IMG/VR virus record: IMGVR_UViG_3300008954_003475
Location: 157,879-221,878 of that record
DNA: 64,000 bases
Direction: 5' to 3' (one strand)
Under the pieces are notes generated by a model that saw only the letters and a list, made by a program, of their open reading frames with translations, did not search any database and was not told the DNA's origin. This document shows positions 30,509 to 39,295 of the stretch, piece after piece. The position numbers and the translations under genes are program-made. Numbering within the stretch: the first letter of the stretch is position 1; every line of letters begins with the position of its first letter.

Positions 30509-32833
30509 TTAGCTTGGATTCTTTCCGCGCCACTGTTGTCTACGAGCATCTCTTGCGGCTCTATTGCGCTGTTGTATAGTTGTTTGCAGTGGCCCCGTTT
30601 GATTTTTCATAGCCTTTCTAACAGCTCGTCGTTCTTGATCTGTATGATAAGGAAGACCTTGTGCAAGCTGCTGTCTAAAGCGTACAGGCACCCACTTTCC
30701 TTCATAATTAAATAAAGGCTCATATCGTGTTGAGTTTGCCGGAAGATGTGTTGCCACAGTTCCCGCTCCTGCTCCGGAAACTCTCTCGGCAGGAATAACA
30801 GGAACATCGCCTGCTTGACCGCCGAGACCACCACCGAGTCCACCGCCGTCACCTCCGAGGTCTAACGGAGTACTAAATGCGGATAATGCAAAGTCAAGTC
30901 TTCCTTCTGCATTGTCTTTGTCATAAGCTTCTTCTACAGCCGTCTTGTTTGTTCCCTTGCCCAATACAGCAGCTGCGGTACCTGGATCCAAAGGAAGGTC
31001 CAAACCTGTTCCTTGAAACAATGCTGCTCTAGCCGGAAGATCTGCCTCTCCACTATATATAAGATACTTAGAAAGAGGCTTCTCTTCTCCGGTTTGTGCG
31101 GCTCCTCCAGCTTCGGCTGTATCGGAAGATCCACCGGCAGTTCTTTCTTCACTCTTACCTTCATCAAGTGCTTTTAAGGCCAAACCAGGAGATGATGGTC
31201 GGCCTCCTTTGTTTGCTTTGTTCCAAGCCTGTTGAGATTTTGTTCCCCAATCATTATCAATGTCTAACCTGTTTCCATCATCGTCTGTGAAACCAAGGTC
31301 ATTAAGCCTTCTTTGAACATCACCTATTGCAGAGTTACCCGCCGACCAACCGCTGGGAGATGATCCTGATCTTCTTGATGTTCCCGGGTCTGTTCCTGCT
31401 CCTGTTCCCGGGTCTGTTCCTGCTCCTGCAGAACCATCAGCAACTATTACCCAGCTACCGTCTTCCTTATCCGCAACACCAAAGCCAGGAACATCAGCCA
31501 TCATACTCTTGTATTGGCTGGCTGCTGACCAACCATCCATTTTTCTATATTCTGGATAAGCATGGTCGGTGTCTGGAAATCCATTTACCGGAATGCTATC
31601 AGATGAAGACGCGTTATTTACCTCATCGCTTACCCAGGTATCGGTTGCGCTATATCTCTTCGATGTCCACCTCGCATTACCTGTTAACTGTTTGTTAAAC
31701 ACAATACGGTGTAAATCGCCTCCGATGATTCGCCATCTAATGGGATTTGAACCCCATTCTTGATCAAGAGCATACTCACTTACTCCAGCGGCGACCCGTT
31801 CCTCCACAGTTGCTGCCTCAGAAACCGTCCCAGCAGCCGCATGTGCTGCGGCTTGTTCGGCAACTTGTCTGTCATTTTCTCTTACAAAGTCATCCCAATT
31901 TGTCTTGGCACGGTCGGCGGCTCGGGCAGCATCATCCTTGAAGGCACTTGAAGCTCCACTCAACATTATTGATTTAAACCAACTGCCGCTGGAATGGCCC
32001 GGCGTATAGGAGATCGCTGGCTCTTTCGTCGCCCCAGTGTCAAGCAGGCTCTCAGGGAGTCCTTCGCGGTAGTCGTCGGCGGCGAATGCGGCCCACACCG
32101 CTCTAGCAACCGCTGCTGCTTGCTCCTCATCACCCCCTGAATAAAAGTTCACGGTTGCCATTCTGTCGATTGCGTTAGTATATTCCTCAAGAGCTTTACC
32201 CAGCTTGTTCTGGCCTACGCTTCCATCCGAGGTGTAATTCCATGGAGCAGCAGTCTTTACAAGCCTCAAAGTCTCATTTGCTTGTTTTTCATACCCAGAC
32301 TTTCTCAAGGCTGTTGCAAGTTTGGTTAATTCTTTTTGTTCTGTATTCATAATGGTTCCTACCTTTGGTATCCTTCTTCTTTTTAATCTTCCAGTCTCCA
32401 AGAAACTAAAGTAATCTTCTGACTCAGTTTTAAACGGAATATTAATAGGTTTGGATCTTTCTCTTCTGTCAATATTAGATGGTGGTTTATCCTCATCAAT
32501 ATCAATAACCGATGGACCTCCAAAACCTGTGATAAATGATGCTTCAAAATCTTGCTGTTCGTAGCTAGACCTTGGTCTATAACCTTGCGCTCCGGGAGGA
32601 CTTCCGCCGGGAATGTCCGTTAAGCCCAAAGCTTGTTTGTGTATCTCTTGGAGTTTATTCTTTTTTGTCAACTTTTTGCCCTCGTCGGGTTCGTCGTCAG
32701 CATAATTATAAACTAACTCATGTGGATGAGAAGGAGTCCTTATAACATCCGGAGTCCTCTCTTTTATTACCGGTCCAGATTCATAATACGAAATTAAATC
32801 AAGGAGAGATAAACCCCTCTTCTTTTTTTTCAT
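30509..32833 (-). CDS. Tag-family putative virion/ejection protein with peptidoglycan-binding-like domain (possible internal start at 32350)
   Basis: Internal ELTKLATALRKSG...LVKTA; VQRRLNDLGF..IDNDWGTKSQQAW; GTGLDLPLD domain; basic tail. Confidence 0.7.
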   Translation of the reverse strand: MKKKKRGLSLLDLISYYESGPVIKERTPDVIRTPSHPHELVYNYADDEPDEGKKLTKKNKLQEIHKQALGLTDIPGGSPPGAQGYRPRSSYEQQDFEASFITGFGGPSVIDIDEDKPPSNIDRRERSKPINIPFKTESEDYFSFLETGRLKRRRIPKVGTIMNTEQKELTKLATALRKSGYEKQANETLRLVKTAAPWNYTSDGSVGQNKLGKALEEYTNAIDRMATVNFYSGGDEEQAAAVARAVWAAFAADDYREGLPESLLDTGATKEPAISYTPGHSSGSWFKSIMLSGASSAFKDDAARAADRAKTNWDDFVRENDRQVAEQAAAHAAAGTVSEAATVEERVAAGVSEYALDQEWGSNPIRWRIIGGDLHRIVFNKQLTGNARWTSKRYSATDTWVSDEVNNASSSDSIPVNGFPDTDHAYPEYRKMDGWSAASQYKSMMADVPGFGVADKEDGSWVIVADGSAGAGTDPGTGAGTDPGTSRRSGSSPSGWSAGNSAIGDVQRRLNDLGFTDDDGNRLDIDNDWGTKSQQAWNKANKGGRPSSPGLALKALDEGKSEERTAGGSSDTAEAGGAAQTGEEKPLSKYLIYSGEADLPARAALFQGTGLDLPLDPGTAAAVLGKGTNKTAVEEAYDKDNAEGRLDFALSAFSTPLDLGGDGGGLGGGLGGQAGDVPVIPAERVSGAGAGTVATHLPANSTRYEPLFNYEGKWVPVRFRQQLAQGLPYHTDQERRAVRKAMKNQTGPLQTTIQQRNRAARDARRQQWRGKNPS
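31380..31427. repeat. 24-bp direct repeat x2 encoding GAGTDPGT
   Basis: GTTCCCGGGTCTGTTCCTGCTCCT occurs twice in tandem. Confidence 0.85.
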
Positions 32834-32834
32834 A

Positions 32835-33962
32835 CTATCTCCTTACTAGGGGTGCTTCTCCGTTACTGAATATTCCAGAAAGAAGATCTGCCGCTTTCTC
32901 TATTCTGTCAAACTGTGCGTTAGCAACCGAATCAAAGGCTGCATCTTCATCAAAATCAATATCTTCATGCTGAACTCTAAAGGCGTCCTCTCTTGTTCGA
33001 CGCTCTCTGGCTTGTGCTATTCCACTATCTACATCTGTTAACAAAGCTAAAGCATCTTTTGGATTAGAAGGAAGAGCGCCCTTCCCTGCTTTAGCCCAAG
33101 CCTGCTTAGATCTTCTTCCAAAATCATTATCTGTTGCTAACTCTTTCTCTTCATTATCTGTATGCCCTAGCTCATTAAGTCTGACTTGAACATGCTCCCA
33201 TGTTGCGACCTCTGGCGTTTGAGCAGCACCTCCAGTCTCTCCTGTTCCAGACTGCGCTAAAGCAGTTCCTTGCGGAAGTTCTTTGCCCATTCTTTGAGCA
33301 TAATTCTGAATCTCACTCCAGTGACTAGCGAGATCTGGACTGGTTCTGATCCTCTCCTGATGCTCTTCGTCTCCCGATATATAAGAATCATACCATGACT
33401 TTGCTACCGCCCCAACATCAGAAGAACCTCCCGATGTTCCGCGACTTGTACCTGCCGACTCCATCCAATCAACAGTGTATTGAAGCATTCCTGCCATATC
33501 TCCTTCTTGTGGGTTTTCCTTTCCTGGGTAACCGGCCTTTGGTCCTAAAGATTTCCAATTTCGTGCTAAGTCGTCTCTTCCTATATGAGAAGTAAACGAC
33601 TCCCATCCTTTTTGCAAATCTCTACTCCATTTTGGATTCGACAAAGAAACCTCTACAAGATTAGCTTCATCAAACTGGGCCCATTTACCTTCTTTTGCTT
33701 TATCAAAAAAGAATTTCAAAATAGCTCTAAACACATTTACTCTATCACCTGTAGATAAATTTGCAGCGGTATCTGCCGCCGTCTTCAAGGCGCGAATAGC
33801 AGGCCTGAAGTTATCACCAACCTCTTCTTCATAATGCTCCCGATCCTCTTCTTCCGCCACTTCTTCCTGGGCAGTCTTTAAAAGATTGTCCAGCCTATCA
33901 GCTAGGTCTCTGTGACCAATGCTGTCTAAGTGATTTGCTAATTTAACTAATTCTTTTTGCAT
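32835..33962 (-). CDS. Tag-family protein with peptidoglycan-binding-like domain and conserved C-cap
   Basis: MQKELVKLANHLDSIGHRDLADRLDNLLKTA; VQVRLNELGH..TDNDFGRRSKQAW; DRIEKAADLLS. Confidence 0.75.
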   Translation of the reverse strand: MQKELVKLANHLDSIGHRDLADRLDNLLKTAQEEVAEEEDREHYEEEVGDNFRPAIRALKTAADTAANLSTGDRVNVFRAILKFFFDKAKEGKWAQFDEANLVEVSLSNPKWSRDLQKGWESFTSHIGRDDLARNWKSLGPKAGYPGKENPQEGDMAGMLQYTVDWMESAGTSRGTSGGSSDVGAVAKSWYDSYISGDEEHQERIRTSPDLASHWSEIQNYAQRMGKELPQGTALAQSGTGETGGAAQTPEVATWEHVQVRLNELGHTDNEEKELATDNDFGRRSKQAWAKAGKGALPSNPKDALALLTDVDSGIAQARERRTREDAFRVQHEDIDFDEDAAFDSVANAQFDRIEKAADLLSGIFSNGEAPLVRR

Positions 33963-33976
33963 TTTAATATCCTTAT

Positions 33977-34534
33977 TTATCTAGAAAAGGTGCCTGGAAC
34001 GTATGTTGTAAATTCACGCGACATTAACTCTGCTAACTTATCAATTCTTTCCTGTGCAGAATTGGCTGCAAAAACTTGATCAAAAGCTTCATCGCTATCG
34101 AGGACACCCTGCTCTTCCAATCGAGCTTCTCTGTCAGCATTGTAGGCCTCAAGAATCTCCTCTTTCGTACCAGTTTGTGCCGATGTTTCTTCAGGAACAG
34201 GTGGAGGCTCATCAGATGCTACCTGCCCCTCGGCATCCTCACCATATTGATTTACGTCTGGTTCGGCATAACCGCCGGGGTTTGGGTCTCGTTCAAGCGA
34301 AACTGAATCAAGATTCTTTTGTGCGATCCATGAATTTCTCAATCGTTGATTCCATGTCCCATCATCTTCACCCTCGTGCCGAGGATACTGCAGCTTTAAA
34401 TCCTCGATCTCTTCGGCAGTAGGAGCTACTGCACTACTTTGCGCACTCTTTAAAATTACATCCAACTTATCAGCCAAGTCTCCATGCCCGATGTTGTCTA
34501 AGTGATTTGCTAATTTAACTAATTCTTTTTTCAT
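33977..34534 (-). CDS. Tag-family acidic protein with conserved C-cap
   Basis: MKKELVKLANHLDNIGHGDLADKLDVILKSA; ERIDKLAELMSREFTT. Confidence 0.75.
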   Translation of the reverse strand: MKKELVKLANHLDNIGHGDLADKLDVILKSAQSSAVAPTAEEIEDLKLQYPRHEGEDDGTWNQRLRNSWIAQKNLDSVSLERDPNPGGYAEPDVNQYGEDAEGQVASDEPPPVPEETSAQTGTKEEILEAYNADREARLEEQGVLDSDEAFDQVFAANSAQERIDKLAELMSREFTTYVPGTFSR

Positions 34535-34548
34535 TTTAATTTCTCCAA

Positions 34549-35502
34549 TTATCTTCTGAAAACTCCCGTAACATTAGTTGTAAATTCACGAGACATTAAC
34601 TCTGCTAACTTATTGATTCTATCATGAACCGATTCTGAAGCTTCCTTCTCTACTTCAGGATCAATAGGGCTAAACTCTACATCTAATTCTTCATCAGAAG
34701 AGCCTTCAGAGTCCTGCCAGCCACCAGTGTCACCACCTTCTGATCTCAACCTCTCTAAAATTTTATCCTTCAACTCTACCATTCTCATTATAAAGCTAGG
34801 GCCTTTTGGTTCTTTTCCGGCATCGGCAAACTCTTTGGCCGCCGCTCCTCTCGCCTCATCTTGAGCCTGTCTATCAAGAGCTTTGTCATCCGCACTCTTT
34901 GTCAAACTTAAAGAATCACTTCCCTCTTTTTTATTCAAGATACCATCAAGCCTATCGGCCAAGTCTCTGTGACCTATGTTGTCCAAATGATTTGCTAATT
35001 TAACTAGCTCACTTTGCATTTTATAGCTTCCTTTAGATCCCAGTTTGATAACATTATCAATACGATTCTTTTTATTAGTAGTATTTTTTGAAGCTTCTAA
35101 CTGCAATCTTTGATTGATCATTCCCTCTGCCGCTCTCTCTGCCGCTTCTGCAACACCTTCGCCGCCTGGAAACTCTCCTTTCTCTGCATCAAAATCTTCT
35201 ATATGACCATATTCATGAACCAAAGTTTTTGCTATTTGAGCTACCAAATACTTTATTTCTTCATCAGTAGCGTTTGGAGGAAACTTGTTTATAACAAAGT
35301 GTATCTTATCTATCTTCCCATCATTGTTTACATCTTCGGAAGAAACATAAGCTGCGGCGTTTGGATCGCCGGAAGCAGGTGCCGGACCCCATTCGCACTT
35401 ATTGCTATTCAACATAGACATTATCTCGGGCTTTAAACCAAGAGTTTGAAGACCCTGTTTGACCTTCGGCCAATATGGAGGTTGCGCTGTTTTCTTCAAC
35501 AT
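34549..35502 (-). CDS. HExxH metallopeptidase-like domain fused to a tag-family module
   Basis: MLKKTA; LVHEYGH followed by EGVAEAAE; internal MQSELVKLANHLDNIGHRDLADRLD; C-cap DRINKLAELMSREFTT. Confidence 0.7.
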   Translation of the reverse strand: MLKKTAQPPYWPKVKQGLQTLGLKPEIMSMLNSNKCEWGPAPASGDPNAAAYVSSEDVNNDGKIDKIHFVINKFPPNATDEEIKYLVAQIAKTLVHEYGHIEDFDAEKGEFPGGEGVAEAAERAAEGMINQRLQLEASKNTTNKKNRIDNVIKLGSKGSYKMQSELVKLANHLDNIGHRDLADRLDGILNKKEGSDSLSLTKSADDKALDRQAQDEARGAAAKEFADAGKEPKGPSFIMRMVELKDKILERLRSEGGDTGGWQDSEGSSDEELDVEFSPIDPEVEKEASESVHDRINKLAELMSREFTTNVTGVFRR

Positions 35503-38500
35503 GTTTTATACTCTCCTAATAATAGATTATTATTCAAAGAAAATTTATCAAATAGGTTATATAATTCTTCTGATTCCTTTATCATATCTTGATCAACCAA
35601 AAGATTATACAATGGAACAATCTTTTGCATACCCAGCTTTGTTAATCCAAACTCTTCCATAATTTCAGCAAATCTAAGATTAACAATCTTTGCCCTGATA
35701 TCCTTTAACCTGCTCTTGCTTATACCACTTTGCCTAAGAGCTCTCTCGTTGCCGCCCAAATACCTTAGAAGGCCTGTTACTGTGTCTTGTTCTGGACCGC
35801 CATAAGGAAGCTCTGCTTCGTGAAAAACTTCTTTAACTAACCTTTCACCTTCAAGATACTTATCTCTGCTTAATTCAACGTCTCTTTTTTCTTGATCAAG
35901 CCTTCTGGCATCTCTTTCTCTCTCTCTTCTTGTGCTTATTATTGCACCATTTTGGGCTGGAGTCAAAGAATAATTGTATCCACCCTTCTTTTGTATCGGC
36001 ATTAAAGACTTAACTTTTTCAATACTTTTATTATCTGCTGGAATCCTAAATACATTTAATCCCAATATAGTATCGTCCTCTGCTTCTAACTTCTCCGGAA
36101 GCTCTTGATATATCCTTTTTCTTTTCTTTAAATTCTGTATAGAATTTCCACCTGACTTCAATAAATAAACATATTCCATACCCATTCTTTTTGCGGTCTT
36201 CATAGCGTTAACAATAATTAAATATGGATAATTTTGAGAAATAATCTCAAGATGTTTCTTGGAATCTTTCAGTTCAGGCTCTGAATATTTTTCTTTTAAG
36301 CCATGAAGACTTGTCGGTATTAGCCCAAGGTTATCCAGCCTATCCCTTATCTCTTTTGCTCTATCTCTATAAAGCTCCGAAGCTTTAGCATAAGCTTCGG
36401 CCTTCTCACTTTCGCTAGACTTATAACTTCCACTTATTTTCTCAAACTCTTTGGCCTTACTAGAATATTCTAAAAAGTCTACTGAATCCATTATCTCTAT
36501 AGTCTTTTTGGTAAAATCATCTGGCGAATCTTCCAACCTTGCCTCAAGCTCAGGAGTAAGGCTTTCATCAGCACGAAGCTCTTTCAGTTCCACATAAGCC
36601 CCGCCCTCTCCGTCTTTATAATTCAACTCAAACCTAGCACCTGTATTGCTTATGTAAGATATAGACCTATAAGCTTTCTTTGTTGGAGGCATCCTGTTAA
36701 AAACCCTGTCCAATACAACCGGATAATCTGATTGTATTTGTTCTATAAGAAGTTTCTCTTCAGGAAAAGAGGCAAGGGCCCAGGCCGAAGTAAACCCGGA
36801 ACTACCCAGGTTAGTATGTCCAACAAAATCTGCAGCACTAATGTTGTTTTTGTTTATGTCATACATTATCGGGGTCGGTGTTTCGTTGTCTTGCGTTAAC
36901 TCATATCTATCTACATCTGCATCTGTCAACTCCATTGGTCTTTGCTGACTTTGATAACCAGAATATTTTATCTTAGAATCAGGAAATGCTTCCATGTCTA
37001 TATCATTATGAGATCTGCTATGTATATCTTGTGCTTCATCCAGATGATCAATCTTTTCCAATCTTTTTAAAGCATACCTAAAAGGCTCGGGTATCAAAGC
37101 ATATTCTGATCCCCTGCTATACCTTGAGTAAAAATGATCAAAGTATGTTACTGAATCTTTGTTGCTTATAACAGCTTCCAAAACCTTTCTGTCTATCCTT
37201 CTTCTTAGATCACTAACTAGACGACCTGTAAATTTATAGCTGCTATCCAAAAAACACTTGTAATATTCTTCTATATTTTCTTCTATTTTCTTTGCAAATT
37301 CTATGGTCAACTCTGTTTTTAATTCTTCATCATCTATGTGATACAAGCTATCAGTTAATTTTTCACAGGCAGATTTGTCCATTCTGTTTAATATTAAATT
37401 GAAAACTTTTCTTTTTCCATCATCATCTAATTCTTGAGCAAAATATTTAAAAGACTCTGCCAACTTAGCTGGATCCATAGCTTCCAACACAGATCCCTCA
37501 TCTACACTTTCTCTAAAAATCTTATTCAGATCCAACTGTCTAGCTGTATCGTTCACTCTTCCTTCTGGATTGTTCATATGATTTATAAAATCATTAGGAC
37601 TTACTGTCAACAAGCTTCTATAGGCTACCTCTACATATTTATCGCGTATACTCTCTAGATCAACTGGCGCTCCAAACCAAGTTCTTATTCCAAGAAATCT
37701 GTTAGGCATCTTCTCTGCCATAAGAAGAAACACACTATCTGCTAAGTCTGGAAACTTTTCATTTAATTTATTATAAAAGAATGGATTAAAAATATTATTC
37801 TCTAAAAACTCAACATCATCTGATTCTTTTGCCATTTGCAACATATGATTAACAATTGCCTTCTCATGTTTTGGCATATTTTTATCTATTGCTAAATCAT
37901 ATACTCTAGTTAAGTTGCCAGAACTTATAGCCTCCTTCACTTCATCTATATATATCTTCGTACCCCTTTCGCCTTGTGGACTCTGACGACTTGAATTGAA
38001 TATAATTCTATCTAATCTATTTAATCGATCCTGTCCCAATATACTTTCAAAAGCATTTATAAGACCCTCTGACATTTCTTCTTTCTCATAGAGATAATGA
38101 TTATTGTCAAACAAATCAATAAACAAGTCTATTTTATCTCTTGTCGCATCAAAGACTGCTTGCTTTGAATTTAAATCAAAACGACTAATTCCAGATAAGG
38201 TGTTATTTAAATCATTAGACTCTCTCCAACCGGACTCTCCTCCGCTCATTCTATCTGCTACATTGTTTATCATAAAAATATATTTATTTACAAAATATGG
38301 CTCAAGTTCTCTTACGCTAAAGAGCCTATAGTTACTATGAGAAGGCCCTTCGTCTGTCTTTGCATCTAAAGCTTCTTTTACTTTTCCGTAAGAAAAAATT
38401 GTATTTAAAACAACCTGACCTTTCTGACCATGCCTGCCTGATGACAAATGCCTAATTGCTGTTGGGAACTTATCTCCATAAAGATCACTGTGCAATATTC

Positions 38501-38780
38501 CAGAAAATAGATCTTCTGCGTATCCTATTCTTTTTTGTTCTTGCATGTTTGCGTTTAATATCCAAAAGATTATAGCACCAACATGCCTTATCCCATGAAT
38601 ATCTCCATCCAAAAGCTCTTGAAAGGCTGCCTCTAAATCTTCACCTTCGCCCTGCTCTTCCTCTGATTCAAAATCAGAGAAGCTGCTTGATAACATATTT
38701 TGAACAAATTTTGCTTCCAAAGTTTCATTCGCTACTTTGAATAAAGTAAAAATATTATTTAATCTAGAATTTTTAATCAT
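35496..38780 (-). CDS. Large (1094 aa) putative internal virion protein
   Basis: LFKVA near the N-terminus, LLIEQIQSD motif, divergent tag-like C-terminus; heads the tag-family cluster. Confidence 0.65.
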   Translation of the reverse strand: MIKNSRLNNIFTLFKVANETLEAKFVQNMLSSSFSDFESEEEQGEGEDLEAAFQELLDGDIHGIRHVGAIIFWILNANMQEQKRIGYAEDLFSGILHSDLYGDKFPTAIRHLSSGRHGQKGQVVLNTIFSYGKVKEALDAKTDEGPSHSNYRLFSVRELEPYFVNKYIFMINNVADRMSGGESGWRESNDLNNTLSGISRFDLNSKQAVFDATRDKIDLFIDLFDNNHYLYEKEEMSEGLINAFESILGQDRLNRLDRIIFNSSRQSPQGERGTKIYIDEVKEAISSGNLTRVYDLAIDKNMPKHEKAIVNHMLQMAKESDDVEFLENNIFNPFFYNKLNEKFPDLADSVFLLMAEKMPNRFLGIRTWFGAPVDLESIRDKYVEVAYRSLLTVSPNDFINHMNNPEGRVNDTARQLDLNKIFRESVDEGSVLEAMDPAKLAESFKYFAQELDDDGKRKVFNLILNRMDKSACEKLTDSLYHIDDEELKTELTIEFAKKIEENIEEYYKCFLDSSYKFTGRLVSDLRRRIDRKVLEAVISNKDSVTYFDHFYSRYSRGSEYALIPEPFRYALKRLEKIDHLDEAQDIHSRSHNDIDMEAFPDSKIKYSGYQSQQRPMELTDADVDRYELTQDNETPTPIMYDINKNNISAADFVGHTNLGSSGFTSAWALASFPEEKLLIEQIQSDYPVVLDRVFNRMPPTKKAYRSISYISNTGARFELNYKDGEGGAYVELKELRADESLTPELEARLEDSPDDFTKKTIEIMDSVDFLEYSSKAKEFEKISGSYKSSESEKAEAYAKASELYRDRAKEIRDRLDNLGLIPTSLHGLKEKYSEPELKDSKKHLEIISQNYPYLIIVNAMKTAKRMGMEYVYLLKSGGNSIQNLKKRKRIYQELPEKLEAEDDTILGLNVFRIPADNKSIEKVKSLMPIQKKGGYNYSLTPAQNGAIISTRRERERDARRLDQEKRDVELSRDKYLEGERLVKEVFHEAELPYGGPEQDTVTGLLRYLGGNERALRQSGISKSRLKDIRAKIVNLRFAEIMEEFGLTKLGMQKIVPLYNLLVDQDMIKESEELYNLFDKFSLNNNLLLGEYKTC

Positions 38781-38784
38781 ACCT

Positions 38785-39195
38785 TTAACACTTAGGGACG
38801 AACAATCTTGGCTTATTAGGCTTTATATATCTTGTTGATGTTGTAATGATATCAATTCCATCACACCTTATTATAGAAAAGAAATAGTTAAATGCCGATC
38901 TTGAGCTAACCTTTCTAACCTCTATCCATTCTCTTCTCTTAGAAGTAATGTCCGATGACTTTGCAAGAAACATATGAAGAGCAGAGCCGGCACTTGCCGC
39001 AAAGTCTTGTGCTATTATATCATTCAACTGCCTGTTGCTCAAGTCATATAAAACATCTCTATGAGAAAATCGCTCATTGAAATACTTTCTATACTTAATC
39101 CTCGCTGTCGTAGAAACACGAATGGGAAGACTTGTTCTAGGATCGGTCAATGAAGACTCTTCAATCTCTGCTTTCTTGTGTATATCTTTTGACAT
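38785..39195 (-). CDS. Basic hypothetical protein
   Basis: 136-aa ORF, first gene after the terminator at 39236-39267. Confidence 0.65.
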   Translation of the reverse strand: MSKDIHKKAEIEESSLTDPRTSLPIRVSTTARIKYRKYFNERFSHRDVLYDLSNRQLNDIIAQDFAASAGSALHMFLAKSSDITSKRREWIEVRKVSSRSAFNYFFSIIRCDGIDIITTSTRYIKPNKPRLFVPKC

Positions 39196-39235
39196 TATAC
39201 GCCCTTAAAATTCATAATTAATATAAATAATTAGC

Positions 39236-39267
39236 ATAAAAAAAGCCCGACCAAAATGGTCGGGCTT
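39236..39267 (-). terminator. Rho-independent terminator
   Basis: AAGCCCGACCA-loop-TGGTCGGGCTT stem followed by T7 on the minus strand. Confidence 0.88.
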
Positions 39268-39295
39268 AATATAATCATCTTTATAAGATATAAAA

